From the NCBI GenBank assembly GCA_030704615.1, contig CM060731.1, positions 13,206,001-13,270,000 of the forward strand: a DNA stretch of 64,000 bases, in the 5' to 3' direction. This stretch comes from Takakia lepidozioides. Taxonomy: Eukaryota; Plantae; Bryophyta. The notes under the pieces are model-generated. The model ran no database searches, was not told where the DNA came from, and saw nothing but the letters and a program-made list of their open reading frames with translations. Position 1 is the stretch's first letter. Each line of letters begins with the position of its first letter. This document shows positions 35,986 to 49,841 of the stretch, piece by piece. The position numbers were made by a program, and so were the translations under genes.

Positions 35986-37000
35986 ATAAATGGACATACA
36001 AATAATGTATCCTTACATGTAGATAAATAAATATACATATGAATAATTCGTACCTGGAGGATAAATAATCCTCTGATTTCTATTTACCCTTACCCGAAGG
36101 GTAAGCAAAGGTCTTCTTACCCTTTTGTAGGGGCCCACCAAAAGGGTGCTTGTTCCTTTAGGGGTTAATATGAAAAAGGAGGTTATATTTTCCCTCCTTT
36201 AACCCTTAACTTCCTACAGATGGAGTTTTTTTGCCCTTAAATTTTCTTACCCCTGGACACTATAACCAAGTTATCCACCTATCATAGTACATCCAAAAAT
36301 ATGAACCTTATAAATCAGTGGTTACCTACCACATACATCCATATACCAAATTGCAAAAAAAACCATCACAAAAATTTCAAAGATTATAGTATTTTGGTGG
36401 GGGTTGTTTTCTTTTTGGGAATTTGAGAAACCTGCAATGTCAGGTTGGACCAAGCAATTGCGGTATGGGGTTGATTTTCGCTGGGCCCACCGCACCCACA
36501 GCCATATCCTATTCCAAGATATCCAAGTATGCACAAAATTTCATGCTAAAATGCTACATGCTCCTTTGTATGTATTCTTTGGGGGTTTCAGATATGTTCC
36601 AGAACATGGAATTTCTAACATTGTCAAAAAGTGTGCAGAAGTCCAAGATTTTTTTCTATCCGAGCGGTGAGAGAATGAGTTCCTATGATCCTCGTCATAA
36701 TGTTAAATGTTTTTGGGAATCCAACGGTGAATTTTTCAAAAGTTGAGGCCTAAGTGGGGTTGGAGCTGGCTGTTGCATGCACCAATAAAAAGTTGCCACG
36801 TAGGTAGTTAACCCTGCTTAGCCCCTCTCTTTACTTAACCCCAGTGTTTTTGCAAAAATCTGCAGGTCGGGGTTTCACTCCAAATGCATTCATTTCCACT
36901 TGTGCGTGGGGACTATCTTGTCAGCAAATTTATTGCTTCAGGAATAGTTTAATTTAAATAAAATCTGAGCAAGATATGGGCATTTTTCTTAGAGGTCAAG

Positions 37001-37249
37001 ACCCGATTCAGGTCGCTCAGCTGGTAAGTGCACTGTGTGTCGCCCTGGTGGTTCGGGGTTCAAACCCGCTGCCCTGCCTGGTGTGTGGATTGTTCGTGAC
37101 CGGTTGGTCTGGTGGTGACGTTTCCCACCTGTGTGCCTAATGGCTTATCTGAAAGGGGGTTAATTTTTCCCCCTCCTCAAGGGCCTGAATTGTGAGCAGT
37201 CGCTCCCAAGTTTCCTTAAAAAAAAAGAAAAAAAGAAAAAAAGAAAAAG
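37001..37249 (+). mobile_element. tRNA-derived SINE with A-rich tail (family B)
   Basis: A box GCTCAGCTGG, B box GGTTCAAACC, body and A-rich tail at about 37217-37249. No clear TSD. Confidence 0.7.
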
Positions 37250-37897
37250 AGTCTGACTCAATCATATGATTGTGAGCACGCCTCCCTTTTTCATTTATAT
37301 GAAGATATGAATGGAAAAACAAAAATATAAATTTTTGGTTTTCTTAAACGTATTAATGGCGAAAGAACAAGTCGCTCGCGCATGAAGCGCGTTGAAGGGA
37401 GAGGAACGCGGTGGAGAGACGAGGTGAGGAGGAGGGGGGATCCTTCCCACGTTCGTGTGAAGAGCCGGGAGCTTGTGTTGAGAGGTAGATCCCTGGAATG
37501 TTTCTATCCAGGAGGAGGGTCGTGAAGCTGGTGCTTTCAGATTTCGTTTCATCTGAAGAGGAGATATAATCTAATCGGGCCTTTCGAAAGGTCAGTGTGA
37601 GTAGTATGACTGGTTTGCTAGTTGAGTGCACGTTTGCGACGAAGAAGACGCTGTGCAGATTGAAGTTTAGATAGAGAGGAAATTTCTGGGATACATTTGT
37701 TGCGGAGATGCAGTTTACTTCTATGTCTGCGTGGACGAAGGAAACTTGAATGAGTACAGGTTAGGAATGACAATACCTTCTTGCTGTTATTCATTCCAAA
37801 GGTTGCCATGTAACTGCAGGGACTTGACGGTGGTTTTTATATCGAGCATCTTTGAGGGGCAAAAGGTATTCACGCAAGGGCGAAGGATTTAGCGAAG

Positions 37898-40800
37898 ATG
37901 CCAGTCGGCACTTTGGAGGTGCTGCTGGTAGGCGCCCAGGGTATCAAGGACACTGAATTATTTGGTCTGATCTCTCTCCCCCTCCCATAGGTCCTTTGAT
38001 ATACATTTCTTTCTGTTCTGCTCGCCCTTTTTATCCAGTGTCAATCGTATGGATCTTACGTATCACGGGTTATTGCAATAGAATTGCGTCACAGGCAGCA
38101 CAGACAGCACAGGCGTCCTTTAAATTCACAGGCAACTCACAGTCCTCATGCCTGCAGCTTTATCTCCTGCACTGGACGGTCATTTTGCGATAGTAAGGGG
38201 GTCCAGAATGGTAAAGAGAGGGAAAGGGGCATTGTTACTGAAGTGGAGATTTTCCAGCTGAAGGCCTAACCTTCCTTGTTCTGTATTGCCAAAATTGCTA
38301 TGGAAGGAATTAGTAGCTTGCTGAAGCGGGTTTCTTTCAGAGGTTATAACTGGCTTCTATGCAAGGTCATGAGTTACTGTAGAGAGGTCCAAACTCTCTT
38401 ACCCACCACCTCCAAAAAAATAGCTTTTGGTTTTGAGTTGAAGGTGACATTTCATGACTGCAGGCAAAGGAGATCCATATGCCCTTTTGTACTGTGGAAG
38501 GACCAAGCTTAGGACCAACACTGCCACAGGTATGGATAAGCTGGGAGTGAAGGGTTGTACTATTTGAGATGTTCTGAGTTCTGGTCAGCTTGGTCTTGTA
38601 CGAGTATCAAAGCCACACATATGAGCAGGCATTATGTGGCAAAGATTTCTACCTCCCTCTCTCTTTGTCCTTTTTTAGGCACTGTCTGCCACATCTGTGG
38701 CCAAATTGAAGCAGTGGATTCAACATTTTGTTCAAACAGTCCCAGGTATTTGTTATGGCCACCAATATCACTGAACCTGAGATGTGTCGCATAAATTATG
38801 ATCTCCAAAACTTAGAACAATGTCCATTCCAGCTCTTACAATAAACTCTCAATTCTTTATTACCTCGATTGACTATGCCTCAAGCTAACCCCACTTCTGA
38901 GGTAGTCTCACGGACCATGGTGGGCTGGAACCTGAGAACTGGCTCCAGGAGGGATTTGTATTCCAATGAAAATGCTTTGGGTAGTTAAATCATCACAGGC
39001 AAGGAAACGTCATTGCAATTATTATGTCAAGTCCAGCCCTCTATTTGACACTCAACCAACCACCCTGTTGCTGGAATATAGTTGCCCTGTGAGAGTGCTA
39101 CAGTAATTTTGGGCCGAGTTTTCATGTCCTTTTGGGTGAAGTGTGTTACGGGCAGGCTATACATGGACTATGCCTTGCAGGTTATAAGAAGTAACTTTTG
39201 AGTGGATCATTGTCATACATCGGATATAAATTTGTTGACTAGTTAAAATAAAATGTTGATAGAAGAGCTGCACATTACATTGTTGAGATTTAGATTGTTT
39301 CTTAACAATCAATAGCTCTACATCAGTAGGCTGATTGGACTAGGTGTTTAAATGGTGTACTAATAGTTACAAGAGTTTAACTCGAGATGTGCAGATCAAG
39401 GCAGTAAACCAGTCTGGAACCAGAGGTTCACGTTCCCTGTTGATGATAGCACTTCCGAACTCTCTATCAAAATCTTCAATGCAAATATCCTTGAGGACGA
39501 CGAGATTGGAAGTGCTGTGTAAGACCTTGTGATGTCTCTCTCTATGTCTGTTTCTTTCTCTCCACATACACACCCAAAACCCTTGTCAGGCTGGGTGGTC
39601 GTGAAGGTATGGAAGTTAAGATTTATAATGGCAAAGCACTACAGTTATGAGTTCATCCTCTCCCTCAATATGGGCATAGTTTTGAGGAGTTTTTCAATCT
39701 TGGTTTTGAACAGATTGTCCTATGCCCAACACGAGGATCAAATATTATATTTGGAACCCGTAAACATTGTCAAGGTTCTTAGGTATAACTAATGAATCGC
39801 CAAGCTGTCAATCAAGGCATTAGGAGACCTTTTAAGTTTCTGCAAAGCCTGCAGGGGGGTATCAATGTGGTATCAATGTGGCCGTGGTAAGTACATAGGT
39901 CAAAATGGGGTAATGTTACACCGACTGCTGTCTATGGTGTTCATGTCCAAATTTAGGTTCTGAAGGTTGCGTTGGGATGATCTGAACTGATTCCCAGTAA
40001 ATTTCTGGTGGCTGGATTGCAGGATACCCTTAGCCAAGGTGTTCAATGCTGGGAACAAGCTGCCTACCACCTCTTTTACCGTGATTCGCCCTTCTGGAAG
40101 AACTCAAGGAGAAATTAAACTGTCTGCCACTTTCACTCCGAAGGTGCCCCTCGCCCCAACTCTCTCTCTCTCAGACCATTGGCTCTATTGCCTGCAAATG
40201 AGATGGCTCCACGCCTGGGTGAGATTGGCATGTTCAACAGCTTGCCGGGGCAGTAGACGTCTCCTCGGACATACTAGTCTAGCAATACAAATCTGAGATA
40301 GCTAAAAGTATTGTGTTGGCTGAGTCGTATGGTGCTTACATACAAACTAGGATGTACTGATGAAAGTCGGCAGGGAGTTATAACGACTGGTCACTGTTGT
40401 AGGGATGTAGTTAATCTCGGTCTTTTGGATTGATTCTCTCAGGGATGAGATGGCATGCTTTGTTTCCTACTTCTTTTCTTGTTTCTTTTCTGTGTCTTCC
40501 TTGAGGTTTTGTCTTGGTGCATATATTTCTGGAATGCTCTTTTTACCTATCTACGGATAGAGACTGGTAGGTGGGACAACCTGCAACGTGAGGACCGCCT
40601 ATGCCCCGCTTGTGCTGAGAACAACAGGGAAATTGAATGTGAAGATATTTCTATCTTCACTGCCCTTTCTACTATGAGATCCGTGGGAGATTCAGTTGTC
40701 TATTCTGGATACCCAATCACTCATGGAGGTCTTCCATTATGAGGATCAGAAATGTTTGGCAGCTTACTAGCATGAGGAGTCGACTCCGAGACAATCCGTT

Positions 40801-43800
40801 GAGCAATAATTGCTTTTGGGTTCCTTGTGAAGGGCCCCTCTCTCTTTCTTGTTTCTATTGTCCCATAAGCTCTTTGAGCTTTCCGTGGATGTTGTAAAGG
40901 TCAATTTCATTTATCTTCTGATTTGATAATGATCGACACAACACTTCAAAGCCTGATTCTTATCTTTTTTTACCTCTCAAATGTGAGTTCAGAGTTTACT
41001 GTAAGCTCTGACATTGATAATAGAAATAATCTGCCACTTTTGATCCCCAAGGGGATTCTAGTCACAAAGCAGGGCAAGTCTCGAAATCCTTGTTGATCAG
41101 CTTGTTTCATAGACATCAGAGATAACTGCATCCTTGTTGCCAACTACTTGTCTCCACATCCTCCACACCCTCAGCAGGCTGTAGGCAATTTCAGTGTCAG
41201 CGTCACAATCTCCAGATTGTGACAGGCAGATGGATTAACGTCAACACAAGGATAGGATGTATGCATTTTACATTTGTGGGAAGTGGAGACAGAAGATGAT
41301 GTCTTTTTCCCTGCCAGTATTTTATGAGAGCAGAGGCACTCAGTTATGATGATCAGAATACTGTTGCAACTTACCTAAGCCATCCTAGCTAGTTGTCTGT
41401 CTGTCTGTCTCTCAGAAGCGCCTCATAGCCTCCTGCTTGTAGTAGAACATTTTCCTATTGTATAGATGGATACACCAAGATATAACCACCCCACAACCCC
41501 TCATATTCCTCTAGATGTGTCGGTGTATGCACCAGAAAAGCTTGCAGACAACAGTTGATGTGTCCTGTAGTTCTTTGTTTGTCCTGCCTTGGCGCATGGG
41601 CCCTTGTGGCAATCTGTGGAAGTCATAAAGTTTCCTTCTTTCTCTGTCTCTCTCTGTGCCCTGCACACAGACCAGAGTGACGGGCAGAAGCCTCCTGTGC
41701 CCTGTACATCCCCAAGCATGTCATTTCTGTGGTAAATGCAGGGCTAAAAAACTGAAAGGAAAAACTCAGCATAACGGGGTTGTCATGTTTGCATGTGGAC
41801 AATTGCCTCTGTGAGCGCCTTAATGGCAGTTGCAGGAAAATAAGTTTATACCTGTAGCTGGCTGCGGGGATAAGCCAAACCTGGTGGGTGCGAACCCCAC
41901 AAAAGGCTCCGGGACGGTTAGTTTCCTGCAGGGTCAATGGTTGTAAGGCTATGGCAAGCCAATTTGCAGGGAATGGCATGAGTACATTCTCTCTCTCTCT
42001 CTCTGGACGAGTGAAGAGGTCACGACAGAATATGTCCTGTCCTTGAAAGAGGCTCTCCCACACTTTATCCAATCGCTTGAAGATCTTCCCCCTTAGTTTA
42101 TAAGGAATAATAATGTTGCAGTGGTGACTTCAACAGTTGACATCATCAAAACCTTTGAAACACACTAGTATTCTTGGCCGTGACTGTAACTCTAATTGTG
42201 AAGGTTTTCTTAAGAATGGAAGGACACAGTAGAAAAAACTGTTCCTTTGATCCAAACAGCCTGATGAACTGGAGTATATCACAAAGGGATACAATATGCC
42301 CATTAGATCTTCTGAGGTTGTGGTAGCTATAGAACATGTAAGTGGCTCTAAAGCTGGTAGGCCGGATGCTCGAGCTAATCAAGCATGGCGGTAACCCTAC
42401 AGTAGAGGCCCTTGCCCTTCTCTTTAACCTTATTTGGAAGACTGAAATGATTCCCTTTCATTGGAGATGGGGAGTCATTGTCAATCTGTATAAGAAAGGC
42501 AACAGAGACAAGCCTGGGAACTATCGTGGCATCACGCTCTTTTTGCAGTTGGCAAGCTATTTTGTAGGATAATAAGTACGTGTCTCAAGGTTGATCTGGA
42601 GTCTTGAGGTGGTTTTCATGAAGGCCAGGCTGGCTTTCAGAGAAATAGGGGCTGCGTTGACCATATCTACACTAAGCCAGATTATTCAGGGAAGGGAAAA
42701 AGAAGGAAAGTCCACTTTTATCATTTTCTATATGTCAAAAAAGCTTATGACACAGCATGGCACGACGGGGTTGTGGCTCTGACTTTGGTCTTCTGGGGTT
42801 GGTAAAGATGTGAAGGATGGTTCACAACCTGTATGTGAACACCAAAAGCTGTGTTATGGTCAATGGACAGAAGTCTAACTTCTTTGATATTGACCAAGGT
42901 GTAGCTCAAGGTTGTACCCTCTCTCCACTGCTCTTCAATGTTTTCATCAATCAGTTGAAGATGTTCACAAGGAGGGCTTGGGTTAAGGGTGGGTGATTCC
43001 ACCATACCAGCTCTCTTGCTTGCAAATTACTTTGCAGGCCAAGGGAATACCCCATCCAATCTTTAGGAGTGGATTGATTGTGTGAAGAGTTACTTTGACC
43101 TGTGGATGCTAGAAGCTAATGTTAGTAAATACGCAGTGGTGGCTTTTAATGACCGCGGGGAGGGAAGTGGGGATCTCAAATGGAGATGGGGAAGGAAGAG
43201 ATCCCTGTGCTCCCTTCCTACACATATATTGGTGTTGAATTTTCCTCCAGTTGCAACTAGAATGTGCATCGGTCCAGCCATATGCCTGTAAGTATCCGAG
43301 TGTCTGTTTTCCTCTCCTTACCTTGTTCAAGAGATTGCTGACTCCCTTGTTGGCACATTGCAGAATTTCGAAAAGGTCCCTGGGCAAGACAAGTCGGGGC
43401 ATTATGGCTCAGGAAATCCAGGTTTTCCAGCTCCATATGGACCAGGAAGTGTGCCAGGCCCTTACGGTTCTCAGGCATACCCAACCTCTGGGGCCTCCCC
43501 TCTCATGCATACTCAGTCTGAACATTACCCCTATGGTTCTCAGCCATACCCAGCCCCAGTTAGTCATGCTCCCAATCTTTCACACTCTCAGTCTGAACAT
43601 TATCCCCCTTCTTCCAATGTTTACCCCCAAGCTCCGTACATGGGGCCTACATCCACAAGAGAGGGATCCCCCTACAGTCCTTCAGCGCCTCCCACGCCTG
43701 GTTACCCTGTAGGGTCTGCCTTCCAACAAAACAGTCAGAGTCCATACCCTCCTGCTCCCTACCCTGCTCCTTATCCCCAGTCCAGCCAGGGTAGTTCTGC

Positions 43801-45145
43801 ACCTGTGTATCCCCAAGGACCGTACAGCCATCAGCCGTCTTACCCCCCTGCTCCCGGAACTTCTCAGTCCAGTCAAGGGGTGTCTCCTCCCCAGTCCAGC
43901 CAGGGTAGTTCTGCACCTGTGTATCCCCAAGGAACGTATAGCCATCAGCCTTCTTACCCCCCTTCTCCCGGAACTCCTCAGTCCAGTCAAGGGGTGTCTC
44001 CTGCAGCTTACCCTCCCGCCCCTTATGGTCATGTTGTTTCTGACCACTATGGTAAAACTTCTGCAAGTGGACCTCCTGCTGATCCTTATGGGTCTGCTCC
44101 TCCCTTCTCTGCTGGTTCCTATGCGCCACCCAGTGACCCTTATGGAAAACCTGCCTCTCAGGGTGATCCCTATGGGAAGGGTGGTTCTGACCCTTATGGT
44201 AAAACTTCTCACAGCATTCCCGATACTAATCCTTACGGGTCCGCTCCTCCCTCATCTGCTGGTTCTTATCCTCCTCTGAGCGGGAACAGCTCCTCTCAAA
44301 ACGACCCTTATGCACCACGAAGTTCTCATACTGACCCTTATGGTAAAATTGCTCACAGTACTCAATCTGCAGATCCTTATGGGAGGGCAACATCTACTGC
44401 CTATCCCGCACCTGCCTATGGTTCCCAGTCCAGCTATGGTGATCCAATGAACCCACAATCTTCTCCATACCCAGTGCCCTCCAGCGATCCTTACAAGAAT
44501 TCCTCTCAGACCAAACCTTATGGAACGGATCCTCTAAGTGCAGTTCAGGACGATTCGTATGCAAGGGGTGGACCTTACAATGATCCATATGGGAAGGCAT
44601 CTGCTCATGGCGATTCAAAATATGGGGTGGGCGCAGCTGCAGCTGGATTAGCAGCACTGGGTTTGGCGGGAGCCGCTGCATATGAGATAAATGAACACAA
44701 AAAGGCCAGCAGTAAACCTTCATCAGGTGGATATGGTCCTAGCGGGTATCCCACAGTTGATGCAGGAAAGCTGGGAAAGCATGATTCCGGAACACCTCAG
44801 CATCCCCCTTATGGATACCCTCCATCTGGGTACCCGCCTTCTGGATACCCTCCGGCTGGCTCCCCCTACAGTGCACCCCCTTCGGTGGCCCACAGCTACA
44901 TCCCGGCAGCTCCTTATCATGGACCACCTGTCGCCCCCTACACCCCTGCTGGTTATCCTGTTGCGCATGGAGGAAGCTTACATGACAGCTCGCATGGGAT
45001 GTATGATTCGCATGGTGGAAGCCATCACGGAAGCTCGCATGGAAAGTACGAGGTGCATCATGGGGGTCACTACTCTCACAAACAATCTAAGAAATACAAG
45101 AAACATAAAGGCAAAAAAGATAAGAAGTACAAGCACAAACACTAG
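37898..45145 (+). CDS. C2-domain protein with long Pro/Ser/Tyr/Gly-rich region and His/Lys-rich tail (about 719 aa); exons 37898-37964, 38464-38529, 39395-39518, 40023-40143, 43364-45145
   Basis: All introns GT-AG, phases consistent, total 2160 nt. C2 motifs GTLEVLLVGAQGIKDTELFGKGDPY...QGSKPVWNQRFTF...DDEIGSAVIPLAKV...GEIKLSATFTP. Probable 5'-UTR intron at 37591-37819. Confidence 0.92.
40550..40900 (+). mobile_element. LINE 3' remnant (C-terminal zinc finger and 3' UTR) in intron 4
   Basis: LRIETGRWDNLQREDRLCPAC...ECED..(FS)..HCPFYYEIR. Confidence 0.75.
42342..43240 (+). mobile_element. Non-LTR (LINE) reverse transcriptase remnant in intron 4
   Basis: ELIKHGG...LFNLIW....IP..WR.GVIVNLYKKG.RD.PGNYRGITL; QAGF...; KAYD; GVAQGCTLSPLLFNVFI. 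Many frameshifts. Confidence 0.88.
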
Positions 45146-45276
45146 TACTGACATCATGGCAGATGTGGGAGAGTTGCCAAGCCATTGTGCAGCTGCCCCT
45201 TTCTCTCTACCTTCTCTCTTTTTTTCTCTCTCTGGACTCTTTCCTCTCCTTGAAGACAGAGTCTGAAGAGTGCACG

Positions 45277-45280
<4 letters not shown>

Positions 45281-45322
<42 letters not shown>
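45281..45322. repeat. (TC)21 microsatellite in the 3' UTR region
   Basis: Direct reading. Confidence 0.95.
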
Positions 45323-45328
<6 letters not shown>

Positions 45329-46477
45329 GCTGTGGCTCTGTCCAATCGGTACTACATTTTCCTCGTGGTAGCAGGAAAGCATTGCCACTAAGACATTTAT
45401 GAAAATCTGAATTTTTGTTGATCTGTGGGTGTATGAGTCAACTCATTTGGAAGCATGTGTCAGTTGAATATCAGAAACAGCAAGTTCCTCAACCAGGTTT
45501 TCCTTGCCTTTGCATCAATGAGAAGTAGGTTTTGTGCTTACTATAAACCTTTGTGCCCATTTTTCATGTGGCAAGTTTGATATATATACAGTGGGTAAAC
45601 ATGTGCCCAGATCATGGACTTGCTGTATTTTTGTGCTGAAGTGTGTATGTTTCTGCTTAGAGTTGTGGTCCAATTGACTACAGAGAGGCACAAGAGGAAT
45701 TACTGTCTCCATTCTTCCTTGAGGTCTTTTTCCTCGCCATCCTTGAACTTGTATGCTACATCAGTAAACACTTTCAAGCACCATGATGTGGAACCTTAAG
45801 GTTTTTGGCCAAAATCAGTGTCAGTAAACAGTAAGAAGTTCACAGACTAGGGGTATTTCTCTGTTGTCAGGTTTTGAAATCCTAATGCAATCATGCCTGC
45901 CCTAAGCTTCCATTTGTTCTTACCAACTGCACAAATAATCCCTCTCATTACATCAAAATGGGGAGGATCGTCACTTCACTTTGAAACTCGGGGTGGTAAA
46001 CAGATGTCCAAGTCCCCAGGCTTTAATTTTACAAGGTCTTTAGTCGAGTTCAGTATCACATCCTCAGTATTCTCCATCAGCTCTGATTGTGTGGTCATCT
46101 TCTTTGTCAATTACCACTTCTAGCTTTGGCATGACATGATTCTTCAGCACTGCAACAGTCAAATACAATGCGTTCCTGATGTCGGTGACCTCCTCCTGTC
46201 ACCAGTTAGGACATAATTGAGAAAGATTTAGAACTTCAAGGGAAGGGTGCCAGCCTATATGACTTTGGTGAGCTTCTTTGCAGGGATATTACTATGGTGG
46301 TACTCTAAAGGAGATATGCAGCGCACTATCTTTTCTTTGTCACTGGTGTTTCTGTAATACAATAGCATGCCAGCTTGTTTATTCGGATTGAGCATAGTTT
46401 AAGTGTGCATGTATAACAGATTGTATGTATGTAGTATTTGATGATTAAGCCTTTGTCATCGTTAACTTTCAATATCA

Positions 46478-46548
46478 GCACTGGTGGTCTAGTGGTAGAA
46501 TAGTACCCTGCCACGGTACAGACCCGGGTTCGATTCCCGGCCAGTGCA
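46478..46548 (+). tRNA. tRNA-Gly (GCC)
   Basis: GCACTGG/CCAGTGC acceptor stem, D loop TAGTGGTAGAA, anticodon loop CTGCCAC, T loop GGTTCGATTCC; 71 nt. Confidence 0.97.
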
Positions 46549-46555
46549 TTTTTTT
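46549..46555 (+). terminator. Pol III oligo-T terminator
   Basis: T7 directly after the tRNA. Confidence 0.85.
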
Positions 46556-48621
46556 AATTTGTTCAGTTTTTTCGTAGTTAAGCTTTTATTTTGAGTAACA
46601 CGAGTAACATGAGTCTCGTTTCTCGTCTCGTCTCTTTCGCAGGCAGCCGAAGCTTTCGCCACACTTATTATGGGTAATCTCCAAAATAACAGATTGTCTC
46701 CAAATTCTGCCCCAAACAGGCTTTCAGTAAGTACAAGGATTTTGCCTCCCAATTATGGAAAATTGGCCGGAGGACTTAAAGCCACTTCCACTAGCATATA
46801 TGGCAAAGACAGGCCGGCAGGCGCTATCCTTAACACTATGGAAGGGGCCACCACATGCCATTATGGCAGTTTGGGAGCTCGCCCTCCGGCTTGCCACCAC
46901 CTTACCCACCAGAATGGCATGTGGGGGGCCCATTCCATAATATGGAATCGCTCACCCCTTTGTCCCTCCAAATCTCCCATAGAGCTTTTTTCTTCATTGT
47001 CTCTTCATGTTAGATTGAGTACCTTGTCCAGGATGTGGTCGAGATTTGTTCACATAAGATATTTTGCTCGCCATCAACATACATGTTCTACGGTTCATCA
47101 CTATTTTTATGAGAGTGGTTTTGTCCCTACATCCATGTCATTATTTACTGTAGAGAGTAGAGCCAATATTTTTGCCCTGTTTTGTTTAAAGAGTATTGAG
47201 AACCTTATAAAAAAGATACCCTTCAACATATTTACTATTACTGGTTGAAGGTCATAAGATGGGGGGGGTGGTGCTGGATACAGTGTGGAGATGTTCTCAG
47301 AACAGGAGGACAATCCTCCTCGTGCAATTTGATGCAAAATGGGCTCATCTTGGAATGTGCAAACGCGAGGGAGACAGAATCTCACTATGCACAATATGGA
47401 TGCAGCTTACAATCTTGAATCTGAGCTCGTACATGCAAATAAAGATGAAATACAAGAAGCTGGATACTTTGACGAATAAATTCAACGAGAAGCATGCTTA
47501 TTGTACACGTAGAATGAGACGTGGGCCTTTTAATAGAATATATAGTGGGTTTGTTTGATACCAAACCAGTATTGATAATGCCCTTGAACAAACTCTTCAC
47601 ATTGACACCTGTAAAACACCACATCAATAATGCATTATTGATACCACCATGGTATCCAAATCTCAGATTTTTGCCAATACCAGTACTTCTTTGGTATCAC
47701 AACTGGACAAAGACCTCCATACCTAGTATCAACATGGTATCTTCAAAATACGATACCAATCCAACACTTATCTGTCATACCCCACCCACCCCCCGACCCT
47801 GAAATTACATGTCCTAAACCCTAAACCGACATGACGCAAGCCGCGTCAGCGTCATGTCTGACGTCACCGACGCAGATAATGGGGATCAGACAATACATGA
47901 TTATAATTGTTACCTTTGTCCTCCTACAACCAAAATCCAGTCTTATTATAAAGACAGTTGGGCAACGATGGGGCGACCGCCGGATGACGGTGGGGCGACC
48001 ATGGGGCAATCGCAACCGTTGGACGACGGTGGGGGACCAACCGCAGGACGGCTGGTGACCGCTCGACGATTTTCCGATCAAAAACATCAGTTGAAAATCC
48101 CTCGGTTGCCACCATCTCCCTCTCTTCTAGGCATTCTTCATCTTGGGATTTATTTAGTCAAAATATCCCTCCCTCTTGGATTTCCCTCTGCTCCTTCTCT
48201 CCAAATTGCAGACCTCTTCTTGTGTGGCTGGGAGTGAACCACCTCCCTTCACACTTTGCTTTCTTTGCAATTTTTGGATCTAATCACTTACTCCCAGGAT
48301 GGTAATTCAACTCTGATCATATTGGGAACCTCTCTCCTCCTCTTTAGACCTCCATCCCTGAAGACTCTCTTTATGCTATAAGGGTTCGCTCTTTTGTCGG
48401 GCCTTGTTAATCCCCACCCCCCGGATGACATTCTCCACTACACATGAAGCTTTCGTTGGTTTTTGGTAGCCCCAATTTCTTTGCTGCAATTTGACCCTGG
48501 TGAGTGGATATGGATGACTGAAAGTCATGATCCTTTTTTTTTGCTTACACCGTGAAACTGGGATATTCTCCTATGAATCGTCCCTCTCTTATGATGACTA
48601 AGTGGAATACTAAGTGGCATC

Positions 48622-48893
48622 ACGGACTGATAGGAGATAAATGCACGGTGAGGTGGTTGGGAGGACTGGATGGTTTCCAGTACTGTGCACAGTATAGTTT
48701 GACATAGAGTAAACCAGTGGGACAAGACAAGATTTGAGATAGATGATTGTAATATTTGATATCAGAGCGGTTCGAGTCTCTGAATTATGTGATTTATGAG
48801 TCAACTCACGTACGGGTCTGGTAGTTCTTTGCTAGAGAACAGAGACGGGTTCGTTGATAAGGCAACATCGATGGAAGGAGTGAGCTAGTCACA
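48622..48893 (-). repeat. Partial LTR-like repeat, inverted copy of 51047-about 51320
   Basis: Reverse complement starts TGTGACTAGCTCACTCCTTCCATCGATGTTGCCTTATCAACGAAC, matching 51047 onward. Confidence 0.85.
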
Positions 48894-49219
48894 ACGGGCT
48901 CATGGGTCTGCACCAGCGGTGAATTTTGAAGTGGAGTGAAACAAACAACTCTCCTGATGATGAAGTGGTGATAAAAGCTTCATTATTTGCTCAAACTCTT
49001 CGTGAAGCTCTTGCACGCGGTATTCGAGATCGGATTGACTGTTGCAGGCGTGAGATCCAACATGACACCTGGAGGACCTGTGGCAAGTCATCCTAAACAA
49101 CCTGCAATTAATTAGCCTTTAAGTCAACCAGTAGGGAACACGAGTGCACAAGGTGAGGTCCCACTCTCAGGCTTCTTCTAGCGATAGTCATCATGATATT
49201 GTTCAAGAAACTAAGAGAA

Positions 49220-49835
49220 GGACAGCTTATGAGTCTAGAAAGTTGAGCCCAACAGAGCTAAACTACGAAAGAGTTATTAGCCATCATTCATGTTATGAAG
49301 GTTTGGCGGCATTACCTACTGGGGAGGGAGTTTAGGATAGAGACAAATCATGAGAGTCTGAAGTATCTAGCCACAAGTCCAACCTCAGTCGTAGACAATA
49401 TCGTTGGGTAGAATTTCTTCAGCGGTTCTTTTTTTATTTGCAGTATGTGAAAGGAAAAGAAACTGTAGTGGCAGATGTGTTGTCCAGAAGAAAATGGGCA
49501 AATGCTGTCTCTATGATCAGAAGTACAGTGATAGGTGAGATAAATGGTCAGTATATTAAAGATGCATATTTTGTTGCACCATTTGAGAACCTCCAGGGGA
49601 ATCAAAACCCAGGTTGTAGATTTCAAATTGAAGATCATGTATGATTGTCATAATATACCCATTGCAGGCCATCCCGGCTTTCAAAAAACATATCTCGTGG
49701 TCAGAAAACAGTTTTTCTGGCCTGGTATGAAAAGAAATATACGCGAATATGTTGAAAGATGTTACCCTTGTCAAGTCACCAAGACAGAACACATTAAGAC
49801 TCTTGGACTTATGTAGCCTCTGAATGTGCCTAGAG
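49220..49835 (+). pseudogene. Gypsy RNase H/integrase N-terminal fragment
   Basis: AYESRKLSPTELNY; WRHYLLG; YVKGKETVVADVLSR; CHNIPIAGHPGFQKT...FFWPGMKRNIREYVERCYPCQ. Confidence 0.85.
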
Positions 49836-49841
49836 CATAAT

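Noticed and set aside
37005-37080. tRNA gene
   Set aside because: A and B boxes are present but there is no proper acceptor or anticodon stem, and it continues into a body and A tail, so it is called a SINE.
43647-44968. Minus-strand and alternate-frame ORFs over the C2 gene's last exon
   Set aside because: Shadow ORFs of repetitive Pro/Ser-rich coding sequence.
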